Below, one piece after another: positions 56,617 to 64,000 of a DNA stretch of 64,000 nucleotides. A program made the position numbers and the translations under genes. Where the stretch lies: NCBI GenBank assembly GCA_964651815.1, contig CAZYWG010000001.1:65189-129188 (forward strand), given 5' to 3'. Numbering within the stretch: position 1 is the first letter of the stretch; every line of letters begins with the position of its first letter. The DNA comes from an uncultured Gammaproteobacteria bacterium. GTDB taxonomy: Bacteria > Patescibacteriota > Microgenomatia > Levybacterales > GWA1-39-11. The notes below the pieces were generated by a model that saw only the letters and a program-made list of their open reading frames with translations, was not told the DNA's origin and did not search any database.

Positions 56617-58560
56617 TTAGTTTACGACTTCGCCTTCTTCAGGTTTATCGTTGCCTTTTTTAGATTTTGGACTTTCTTCTGTTTTTTCCGAATCATCCGT
56701 CTTCTGTGTTCCGTCGTCCGAACCTTGTGCTTCTTGTCCAGAATCAGACGAACTGGCGCCCGGATTTTGATTCTCGTACATTTGCGAACCTATTTTTTGT
56801 AACGCATCAGACAGAGCACTTGTTTTTGTTTCGATTTCCGATTTATCATCCTTATCTTTTACGTCTCTTAGTTCTTTTATTTTTGCCTCGATTTCCGATT
56901 TATCTTCACTTTTAACTTTATCTCCCATATCTTTTAGTGATTTTTCTGCTGTGAAGATTAACGCGTCGGCCGAATTTTTAGCATCAACCATTTCTTTTTT
57001 CTTTGCATCCTCATCAGCATGCATCTCCGCTTGTTTGGTCATCTCCTCAACTTCATCTTTAGAAAGTCCCGTTGAACCTGTAATTTTAATGGATTGCTCT
57101 TTGCCTGTTGCTTTATCTTTTGCCTTGACAGATAAGATTCCTGATGCATCAATATCAAAAGTTACCTCAACTTGTGGGACCCCACGCGGAGCCGGTGGAA
57201 TACCATCCAGAATAAATCGGCCAAGTGATTTATTATCTGCTGCCATTGGGCGTTCTCCTTGGACAACATTTATTTCAACTTGTGTTTGATTATCAGCTGC
57301 AGTTGAAAAAACTTGGGATTTTTTACTTGGTATCGTTGTATTCCTCTCAATTAGAGGTGTTGCAACCGATCCCATAGTCTCAATTCCAAGAGTAAGAGGA
57401 GTTACATCCAAAAGCAAAACATCTTTTACTTCTCCCCCCAAAACCCCTGCCTGGACAGCTGCTCCAATTGCAACAACTTCATCCGGATTAACGGATTTGT
57501 TGGGTTCTTTTCCAAAAAAGCTAGTTACAGCTTCAATTACCTTGGGCATGCGAGTCATACCACCAACCAAAATTATTTCGTCAATCTTACTTTTATCTAC
57601 ACCCGAGTCTTTAAGCGCTGCTTTTACGGGTTCTAAAGTGTTTTGAATTAACGGGTCAACTAAGCTTTCAAGCTTTGCGCGCGTTAACTTCATTGTAAGG
57701 TGGAGTGGACCAGATGGTCCAACTGTTATAAATGGTTGGTTAATTTCCGCTTCCAAAGAGCTAGATAATTCAATTTTTGCTTTTTCCGCTGCTTCTTTAA
57801 GTCTTTGAAGAGCTTGTGGATCAGTACGTAAATCTATGTTGTTTTCTTTTTTAAATTCATCGGCAATATATGAGATTAAAACTTGGTCAAAATCATCTCC
57901 CCCTAGATGGGTGTCCCCGTTTGTTGCTTTGACTTCATAAACTCCCTCACCAAGTTCTAGAATTGAGATATCAAATGTTCCACCACCCAAATCATAAACA
58001 GCAATTGTGTGCGCGTGTTTTTTATCAAGTCCATAAGCAAGAGCTGCTGCCGTTGGCTCATTTATAATTCGTAAAACTTCTAAACCTGCAATTTCACCCG
58101 CTTGCTTTGTAGCTTGGCGCTGCGCGTCATCAAAATATGCTGGGACTGTGATTACGGCCTGAGTGACTTTATCACCAAGATATGATTCCGCATCACTCTT
58201 TAATTTTTGAAGAATCATTGCCGAAATTTCTTGGGGTGTATACGTTTTTCCTTCAACTTCAACGATTGCCATGCCGTCACGTCCGGATTTTATTGCATAA
58301 GGTAAAAGTTTTTTGTCACGTTCTACGGATTTATCAGTTGCCTTGTGACCCATTAAACGCTTGATTGAATAAATGATTCTTTTGGGCTTTAGAACCATCT
58401 GACGTTTTGCCACATCCCCAACTACGCGGTCTACAGGATCCACAACGGATGGCGTAACATTACGCCCTTCAGCCGAAAAAATTACTTTGGGACTTCCGCC
58501 CTCCATGACTGCGACACATGAATTTGTTGTTCCTAAATCTATTCCTATTATTTTTGCCAT
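56617..58560 (-). CDS. dnaK: Molecular chaperone DnaK
   Basis: [36 protein letters not shown]. Confidence 0.98.
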   Translation of the reverse strand: MAKIIGIDLGTTNSCVAVMEGGSPKVIFSAEGRNVTPSVVDPVDRVVGDVAKRQMVLKPKRIIYSIKRLMGHKATDKSVERDKKLLPYAIKSGRDGMAIVEVEGKTYTPQEISAMILQKLKSDAESYLGDKVTQAVITVPAYFDDAQRQATKQAGEIAGLEVLRIINEPTAAALAYGLDKKHAHTIAVYDLGGGTFDISILELGEGVYEVKATNGDTHLGGDDFDQVLISYIADEFKKENNIDLRTDPQALQRLKEAAEKAKIELSSSLEAEINQPFITVGPSGPLHLTMKLTRAKLESLVDPLIQNTLEPVKAALKDSGVDKSKIDEIILVGGMTRMPKVIEAVTSFFGKEPNKSVNPDEVVAIGAAVQAGVLGGEVKDVLLLDVTPLTLGIETMGSVATPLIERNTTIPSKKSQVFSTAADNQTQVEINVVQGERPMAADNKSLGRFILDGIPPAPRGVPQVEVTFDIDASGILSVKAKDKATGKEQSIKITGSTGLSKDEVEEMTKQAEMHADEDAKKKEMVDAKNSADALIFTAEKSLKDMGDKVKSEDKSEIEAKIKELRDVKDKDDKSEIETKTSALSDALQKIGSQMYENQNPGASSSDSGQEAQGSDDGTQKTDDSEKTEESPKSKKGNDKPEEGEVVN

Positions 58561-58608
58561 ATTTTGTTAGATACTAGAATACTATTTTTTTTCTTTAGTT
58601 GCTAGTAT

Positions 58609-59127
58609 CTAGTTACTAGAAACTTTCTTTCCAACTTTTACTTGTGCAGGGCGCACTAGCTTTCCGTTTAAAGTAAAACCCGGTCTTAATTCTTCCAAAA
58701 CTTTATTTTCTTCTCCTTCTTCAGTTGTTACTGCTTCCATTGTTGTTGCGTCAAACATTTCGTCAACCGTTTTTACGCGACTAACACCAACTTCCAATAG
58801 AGCGTCTTGTAAATGTTTTATTGTAAGCTTTATTCCTTCATCGGAAACATATTTTTCTGCCAAAAAAAGTGTGTCAAATGCAGGAATAAGTCTTAATAAC
58901 AAATCGCGATTTGCGAATTTTACAAACTCGCGCTTTTCTTCATCCATTCTTTTCTCAAGATTTCTGTAGTCCGCAACTGCTCTTTTTAACTGATTTTCAA
59001 GGTCCTCTATTTTCTTTTTTAATTCCTCGTTTTCGTCGTTCTTCTTCTTTGACGAACTTTTCTTCTGTCCGGTCTCTTTTATTTCCTCTCTTTTTTCTTC
59101 TCCCTGAATTTTATTATCGTCATTCAT
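58609..59127 (-). CDS. grpE: Nucleotide exchange factor GrpE
   Basis: RAVADYRNLEKR, FD...MEAV, GF.LNGKLVRPAQVKV. Confidence 0.95.
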   Translation of the reverse strand: MNDDNKIQGEEKREEIKETGQKKSSSKKKNDENEELKKKIEDLENQLKRAVADYRNLEKRMDEEKREFVKFANRDLLLRLIPAFDTLFLAEKYVSDEGIKLTIKHLQDALLEVGVSRVKTVDEMFDATTMEAVTTEEGEENKVLEELRPGFTLNGKLVRPAQVKVGKKVSSN

Positions 59128-59180
59128 CTTTATATTCTACAATATTTTTGCTTTTTGATATTTGGTTTTTGCTTTTAAAA

Positions 59181-59906
59181 TTACCAGTCGGCAATTTCAC
59201 CAAGCATGCTACCAAAATATCTTACTACAGGAATCACCAATTCGTATTGCATTCTTGTAGGCCCTATTATACCTATTGACCCGTTGTGATTTGCACGTGT
59301 CTGAAATCTTGAAAATACAAATCCGTAAGGACGAAATGCTTCCTCGTCATTAAAATCATCATCAAGAAAAACAGAACATTCTTGTTCAAGTCTCGCCATT
59401 ATTCTGTCTAAATATGAAGTGCTATCAAGGATGGCTAACAAATTTTTTGTAATATCTATATCGTAAAACTCTGGCATTTCCAAAATGTTTGAATATCCTG
59501 AGTAATAAACATCACCCTCATCGGTAAACGTAACTGCCAAACTTTTTGTTTTTGATGCAAGATTTTTAGTTGCTTCCCTAAGAAATTTATCGCGGAGTGC
59601 CCTGTGATCCCAGATTTTCTCCTTTGCTTCAACTTCTTCTGCAACGGACATGTCTTTTTCTTTCATTAATTCATTAATGTAAAATTTTATGGCTTTGCTT
59701 GTTGGGACTCGTCCTGCGGAAGAATGAGGTTTTGATAAATATCCAAGGCGCACCATGTCAGCCATCTCATTGCGAATAGTTGCGGGGGAAACTCCAAGAT
59801 CATATTTCTTTTCAAGAGTCTCAGAGCCAACGGGTTCAGCACTATCAATATACTCTTTTACAATATTTTTTAGAATGTCTATTTGGCGTGTTGATAAATC
59901 GTACAT
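59181..59906 (-). CDS. hrcA: Heat-inducible repressor HrcA (short form)
   Basis: YIDSAEPVGS, SPATIRNEM, PHSSAGRVPT, IIGPTRMQY. Confidence 0.95.
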   Translation of the reverse strand: MYDLSTRQIDILKNIVKEYIDSAEPVGSETLEKKYDLGVSPATIRNEMADMVRLGYLSKPHSSAGRVPTSKAIKFYINELMKEKDMSVAEEVEAKEKIWDHRALRDKFLREATKNLASKTKSLAVTFTDEGDVYYSGYSNILEMPEFYDIDITKNLLAILDSTSYLDRIMARLEQECSVFLDDDFNDEEAFRPYGFVFSRFQTRANHNGSIGIIGPTRMQYELVIPVVRYFGSMLGEIADW

Positions 59907-59949
59907 AAATTGCCTTGTTCGAATGCCCAGGAGGCTTTTCTCGAACGGG

Positions 59950-59986
59950 TTAGCAATAATATACCATGAGTGCTAAGATATGTCAA
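59950..59986 (-). promoter_or_regulatory. CIRCE operator overlapping the hrcA promoter
   Basis: Minus strand TTAGCACTC-N9-TATTGCTAA (59976-59950) overlapping TTGACA-N17-TATATT. Confidence 0.88.
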
Positions 59987-60001
59987 CTAGTGAAGACTGG
60001 A

Positions 60002-61414
60002 TTATCCATTTAAAAACTCGTCGAATTTTTTTTTCAAAAACATGAAATCTGACTCTTTAACGGAACCGAAATAAAACTTTGTTATTTTTTCATATCCTGA
60101 CTTACGTATTGTATACCATGATGACATTAGGCCATTTTCAAAAAATTCACGTCTTTCTCCATCAACATTAACTTCTTTTGATTCACCGTTCTTGAAATTA
60201 GCATCTATTTCAGATCTTAACGAGTCGAGTCCATTTTCCGGCGATTTTGGGGAAAATATTTGGCCACGAAATCCATCAGGATATTTAGATTTTAGGTTTG
60301 ATAGCTTTCCGTTTTTACTCATCCAATAAAGTATGACTGCTATTGAAAATACTCCCGAGTCTGTCATAAAAAAATCTTTTGAATAAAAATGCCCTACATT
60401 TTCAACTCCTAAGTCTAATTTATTTTCTCTAATCATCCCCCGCATAATTGATCTCCCTACGGGAATTGGAATGATACTAATCTCCTTCTCACTCCCTAAG
60501 CCAATTTCTTTGACAGTGTTGTACATAGAAGGTCCACAATCAACGGCATAACCAAATATTTTGTCGGGAAGATTAAGACCCAAGAAAACGTTTATGAATG
60601 CGCTGCCAAGAATAGATCCATTTATATAATCACCATTTTCATCAACTGCCAAGACACGATCTGCATCACTATCAAAAGCAAAGCCACAAGAATAATTTCC
60701 AGCCTTTACTTCTTTTATCAAATCCTGCATATTATCTATCTCTGAAGGGTCAGCCGTGTGGGACGAATTCTCATCATAAATTTCTCTGTCATTGATTCTT
60801 GTGAATTTTACCTGCGGGAGAAGTTTTTCAAGAAGGCTAATAGATTTTGACCCGGATCCGTCCCCTATATCTACTAAAACATTCATATCCCTTATTTGAG
60901 CAACCGGAATAAGCTGAGTTATTTTATCTTCGTAAATTTTCTCAACATCTGCATAAAAATTTTTGAGCTTTTGTAAATCTGGATCACCATCTTGATATTC
61001 CTCTTCTTGTGAACTGTAATAATTTTCAACTATTTTGTTGACAAGATTGCCCTGCACGGAAGCTCCCCCTTTTGTGTGCATTAAAAGTCCGCTCCAATCC
61101 CAATGATTATGAGAACCGGTAAACATTACTGACAAATCAAAATCAAATTCGTAAGCCGCGGAAGCTATAAAATCAATTGGGCACTTATCCATATAACAAA
61201 TTTCTATTCCGCAAGATTGTAGTGCTTTGATAAAATTAAGCGCTAAGGCTCTACTTGATCTTCTTGTATCCCAACCTACTAAAACCTTTTTGAGGTCTAA
61301 TGTTTTTGTTAACGCAAACGCTAAATAATATGCATCCTTATCTTTAATTTCCCTATTATATAAACCGCGAAAATCAAATTTTTTTACAAATGGAGGAAGA
61401 GTTTTTTTATTCAC
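60002..61414 (-). CDS. Phosphomannomutase/phosphoglucomutase
   Basis: FDFRG, GWDTR, TGSHN (catalytic Ser), FDSDADR, ENVGH. GTG start. Confidence 0.88.
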   Translation of the reverse strand: MNKKTLPPFVKKFDFRGLYNREIKDKDAYYLAFALTKTLDLKKVLVGWDTRRSSRALALNFIKALQSCGIEICYMDKCPIDFIASAAYEFDFDLSVMFTGSHNHWDWSGLLMHTKGGASVQGNLVNKIVENYYSSQEEEYQDGDPDLQKLKNFYADVEKIYEDKITQLIPVAQIRDMNVLVDIGDGSGSKSISLLEKLLPQVKFTRINDREIYDENSSHTADPSEIDNMQDLIKEVKAGNYSCGFAFDSDADRVLAVDENGDYINGSILGSAFINVFLGLNLPDKIFGYAVDCGPSMYNTVKEIGLGSEKEISIIPIPVGRSIMRGMIRENKLDLGVENVGHFYSKDFFMTDSGVFSIAVILYWMSKNGKLSNLKSKYPDGFRGQIFSPKSPENGLDSLRSEIDANFKNGESKEVNVDGERREFFENGLMSSWYTIRKSGYEKITKFYFGSVKESDFMFLKKKFDEFLNG

Positions 61415-61519
61415 TTTTCATGTTGATTATATCACCATAAAATTTTTAATTGAATTTGAAACAATAGATAAGTTCTGGTAAGCTAGACTGATTTTGTCTT
61501 TTGAGTTTTTTTAAATACT

Positions 61520-61879
61520 ATGCGAGCGCAAAAAAAATTTTTACCCTTTTTATATCTATTTTTGATAAGTCTTGTGCCTCTTTTATTATTTGTTTTGTTA
61601 ATTGATCCTACGGGAAAAGTTACATTATTAGAGACAGATATTGGCTTTCCATTTTTTATACTTGTTTTGCTTTTTACAAATTTTTTCTTTTTAGCTACTT
61701 TTATTTTTGCGAGCAGAAGGAGGGGTCTGTTATCTGCTATATTTCTGGACGGAATTTTAGTCCTCCGATCTTTTGGATTCAGAAGTCTTTTCCAAGTCAT
61801 TATTTTTTTGATTATAATTTTACTTGTTGAATTTTTATACTCCAGAAGAACTATGCCCCCGCCGCAAAAAACTACTTAG
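61520..61879 (+). CDS. Small 4-TM hypothetical membrane protein
   Basis: Hydrophobic ORF with a SRRRGLL loop. Confidence 0.6.
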   Translation: MRAQKKFLPFLYLFLISLVPLLLFVLLIDPTGKVTLLETDIGFPFFILVLLFTNFFFLATFIFASRRRGLLSAIFLDGILVLRSFGFRSLFQVIIFLIIILLVEFLYSRRTMPPPQKTT

Positions 61880-61919
61880 CCTTGTTTGAAAAACTAAGCT
61901 CTGTTAAAATTGACTATCT

Positions 61920-63353
61920 ATGAACAAATTTTATTTAACAAATGCTATTCCTTACGTTAATGCCGCACCACACGTTGGCCACGCACTTGAATTTGTGCAG
62001 TCTGATGTAATTGCACGGTATCATAAACTTCTTGGCGAAGACGTTTTACTTCTATGCGGAGGTGATGAAAACGCGCTAAAAAATGTTCAAGCAGCGGAAG
62101 CTGCAAAGATTCCAATTCAGGAATTTATTGATACAAACACTCAAGCGTTCTACGATCTTTCAAAAAAATTGAACGTTCAGTTTGATGTTTGGCAAAAAGG
62201 TAGCGATAAAGATCATTACTTGTCGAGTCAAAAATTATGGGAAGCGTGCGAAAAAAACGGCGATATTTATAAAAAATCTTACAAAGGACTTTACTGTGTA
62301 GGTTGTGAAGCCTTTTACACAAAGGACGAACTTGACGCAAACGGCGAATGTTTTGAACATCCCGGAAAAAAACTTGAAGAAGTAGAAGAGGAAAATTATT
62401 TTTTTAAACTTTCGGCATATCAAGACAAAATTTTAAAGTTAATTGAATCAGATAATTATAAAATTGTCCCTGAATTTAGAAAAAATGAAATGCTTTCATT
62501 AATAAAATCAGGGCTAAAAGATTTTAGTATTTCGCGTTCTAACATCCGTGCAAAAAATTGGGGGGTTCCTGTGCCTAATGATCCTAATCAAGTGATGTAC
62601 GTCTGGTTTGATGCATTAAACATTTATCAAAGTGGAGTAGGATTTGGATTGGATGATAAAAACTACAAAAAATGGTGGCCGGCAGATTTACACGTCATAG
62701 GAAAAGGAATAATTCGTTTCCATGCCATTTATTGGCCTGCAATTCTTTTGTCTGCAGGCTTAGAACTTCCAAAGGCAATTTTTGTCCATGAATATTTTAC
62801 TGTTAATGGGCAAAAGATGTCCAAAACTCTTGGCAATGTTATAGATCCGTTTAAACTAATAGATAAATATGGCGCAGATGCGCTGCGTTATTATTTTTTG
62901 GCAAAATTTTCGCCTTTTTCAGACGGTGATTTTTCAGAAGATAAATTCCGCGAAGTTTACAACGCAGATTTAGCAAATGGAATCGGAAATACTGTTGCAA
63001 GACTTGCGAAGCTTGCTGAAAAATGCGGCCTAGAAATTAAAGAAAACAAAATATCAAAATCTATATATAGAGAGGCACAAAAAGAAGCAATACAAGAATT
63101 CAGATTTAATGATGCATTAAGCAATATTTGGGTTACCGAGCTAGAAGTTTTAAACAAACATATTAATCATGAATCACCTTGGTTGATAACCGATAAAAAC
63201 AAACTCGAAAGTATTCTAACCGAAGAAATTAACATGCTTCGAGAATTTACATATAAAATTGCACCATTCCTTCCGGAAACCTCTGAAAAGATTCTCAAAC
63301 AATTTACAGGAAAAATTAAATCCGCTGAGCCGCTTTTCCCCCGCCTTGTTTGA
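61920..63353 (+). CDS. metG: Methionyl-tRNA synthetase
   Basis: AIPYVNAAPHVGH, YCVGCE, YVWFDAL, GQKMSKT, LFPR. Confidence 0.96.
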   Translation: MNKFYLTNAIPYVNAAPHVGHALEFVQSDVIARYHKLLGEDVLLLCGGDENALKNVQAAEAAKIPIQEFIDTNTQAFYDLSKKLNVQFDVWQKGSDKDHYLSSQKLWEACEKNGDIYKKSYKGLYCVGCEAFYTKDELDANGECFEHPGKKLEEVEEENYFFKLSAYQDKILKLIESDNYKIVPEFRKNEMLSLIKSGLKDFSISRSNIRAKNWGVPVPNDPNQVMYVWFDALNIYQSGVGFGLDDKNYKKWWPADLHVIGKGIIRFHAIYWPAILLSAGLELPKAIFVHEYFTVNGQKMSKTLGNVIDPFKLIDKYGADALRYYFLAKFSPFSDGDFSEDKFREVYNADLANGIGNTVARLAKLAEKCGLEIKENKISKSIYREAQKEAIQEFRFNDALSNIWVTELEVLNKHINHESPWLITDKNKLESILTEEINMLREFTYKIAPFLPETSEKILKQFTGKIKSAEPLFPRLV

Positions 63354-63415
63354 AAGGGCTTACCTAACAGAACGCTTAACATAAACTGCTAATTCTGGTA
63401 TCATGAATGCACTCT

Positions 63416-64000
63416 ATGAAGCGAAGGATTTTGATGGTTTGTGCTGTCGTATTAATTCTTGTTGGGATATTCATTTTAGTCAGAATTTCCGCAACAACAT
63501 TTGCTCCCAAAGGCCGAGGAGCTCTTCAAATAACTACAAATGTCAAATCCCAAGTTACGCTCAACGGAAAAGATATAGGAACAACTCCCGTTTGTCTTTG
63601 TGAAGATAAAACTATAATTGCAGACACGTATGATTTAAAAATTACACCAAGCGATACATCTCTGCAACCGTTTTCCGCAAAAGTTGATGTAAACGGTGGG
63701 GTTTTAACCGCAATAGAAAGAACATTTCTCCCGGGAGCTTTGGCATCTTCCTACATATTAACGCTTGAAAAAACAAATATATCAACGCCTCAAATATTTA
63801 TTGCAACTGTACCTGACAACGCGCTTATTTCTATTGACGGAGACTCAAAAGGTGCAACGCCTTTTTCTCAAAATTTATCTGCTTCGGAGCACGAAGTTGA
63901 AATTGAAAAAAATGGATTTGCTAAAAAAACTGTAAGAGTGAGAGCTGTGGCAAATTACAAACTTATTCTCAACGTAATACTTGGAACGGATACTGGTTTG
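63416..64000 (+). CDS. PEGA-domain membrane-anchored protein, 3'-truncated
   Basis: Open frame read by hand: MKRRILMVCAVVLILVG...GALQITTN..SQVTLNGKDIGTTP...VPDNALISIDG..KGATP...EIEKNGF. Confidence 0.8.
   Translation, partial: MKRRILMVCAVVLILVGIFILVRISATTFAPKGRGALQITTNVKSQVTLNGKDIGTTPVCLCEDKTIIADTYDLKITPSDTSLQPFSAKVDVNGGVLTAIERTFLPGALASSYILTLEKTNISTPQIFIATVPDNALISIDGDSKGATPFSQNLSASEHEVEIEKNGFAKKTVRVRAVANYKLILNVILGTDTGL

Noticed and set aside
61483-61800. 105-aa Lys-rich minus-strand ORF
   Set aside because: Antisense mirror of the Phe/Leu-rich membrane gene at 61520-61879.
63403-63603. 66-aa ORF in the track
   Set aside because: Out-of-frame overlap with the real PEGA-domain gene starting at 63416.

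Overview
AT-rich bacterial chromosomal window. Its gene content suggests a Patescibacteria/CPR (Microgenomates-like) genome: TrbC/VirB2-type pilin, VirB6-like protein, sortase, membrane-anchored Clp, many Pro/Thr-rich secreted proteins. That taxonomy is inference. All product calls come from motifs recognised by eye, not database searches. Layout: (1) 0.6-20.2 kb is a surface-glycan island. A tightly coupled 13-gene minus-strand operon encodes an HTH_17 regulator, a DPM-like/NfrB-XagB-like double GT2, a flippase-GT4 fusion, a CE4 deacetylase, five paralogous GT2s, an APH-like kinase, two GT-C-like membrane proteins and a secreted glycoside hydrolase. It diverges from a Pro/Thr-rich sortase substrate, its sortase and an NdvB-like GT2. 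(2) 21-42 kb holds a MacAB-like exporter, SIMPL, metK under a SAM-I/IV riboswitch, DUF2130, NRAMP, a SurA-like protein, a degenerate ATPase-wHTH regulator, an ABC exporter, a solo PD-(D/E)XK nuclease, a D-LDH-like enzyme, a membrane-anchored Clp and a convergent HK/RR pair. (3) 42.4-46.7 kb is an unexpected LeuA-like + fused LeuD-LeuC + divergent YrdC/Sua5-like cluster. (4) 47.7-60 kb is a CIRCE-controlled hrcA-grpE-dnaK run, separated from dnaJ by an ~8 kb module of pilin, VirB6-like protein, M-domain-less Clp ATPase and membrane subtilase. (5) The window ends with a phosphomannomutase, metG and a PEGA protein. Many genes appear to be leaderless. I found no rRNA, tRNA, CRISPR array or transposase.
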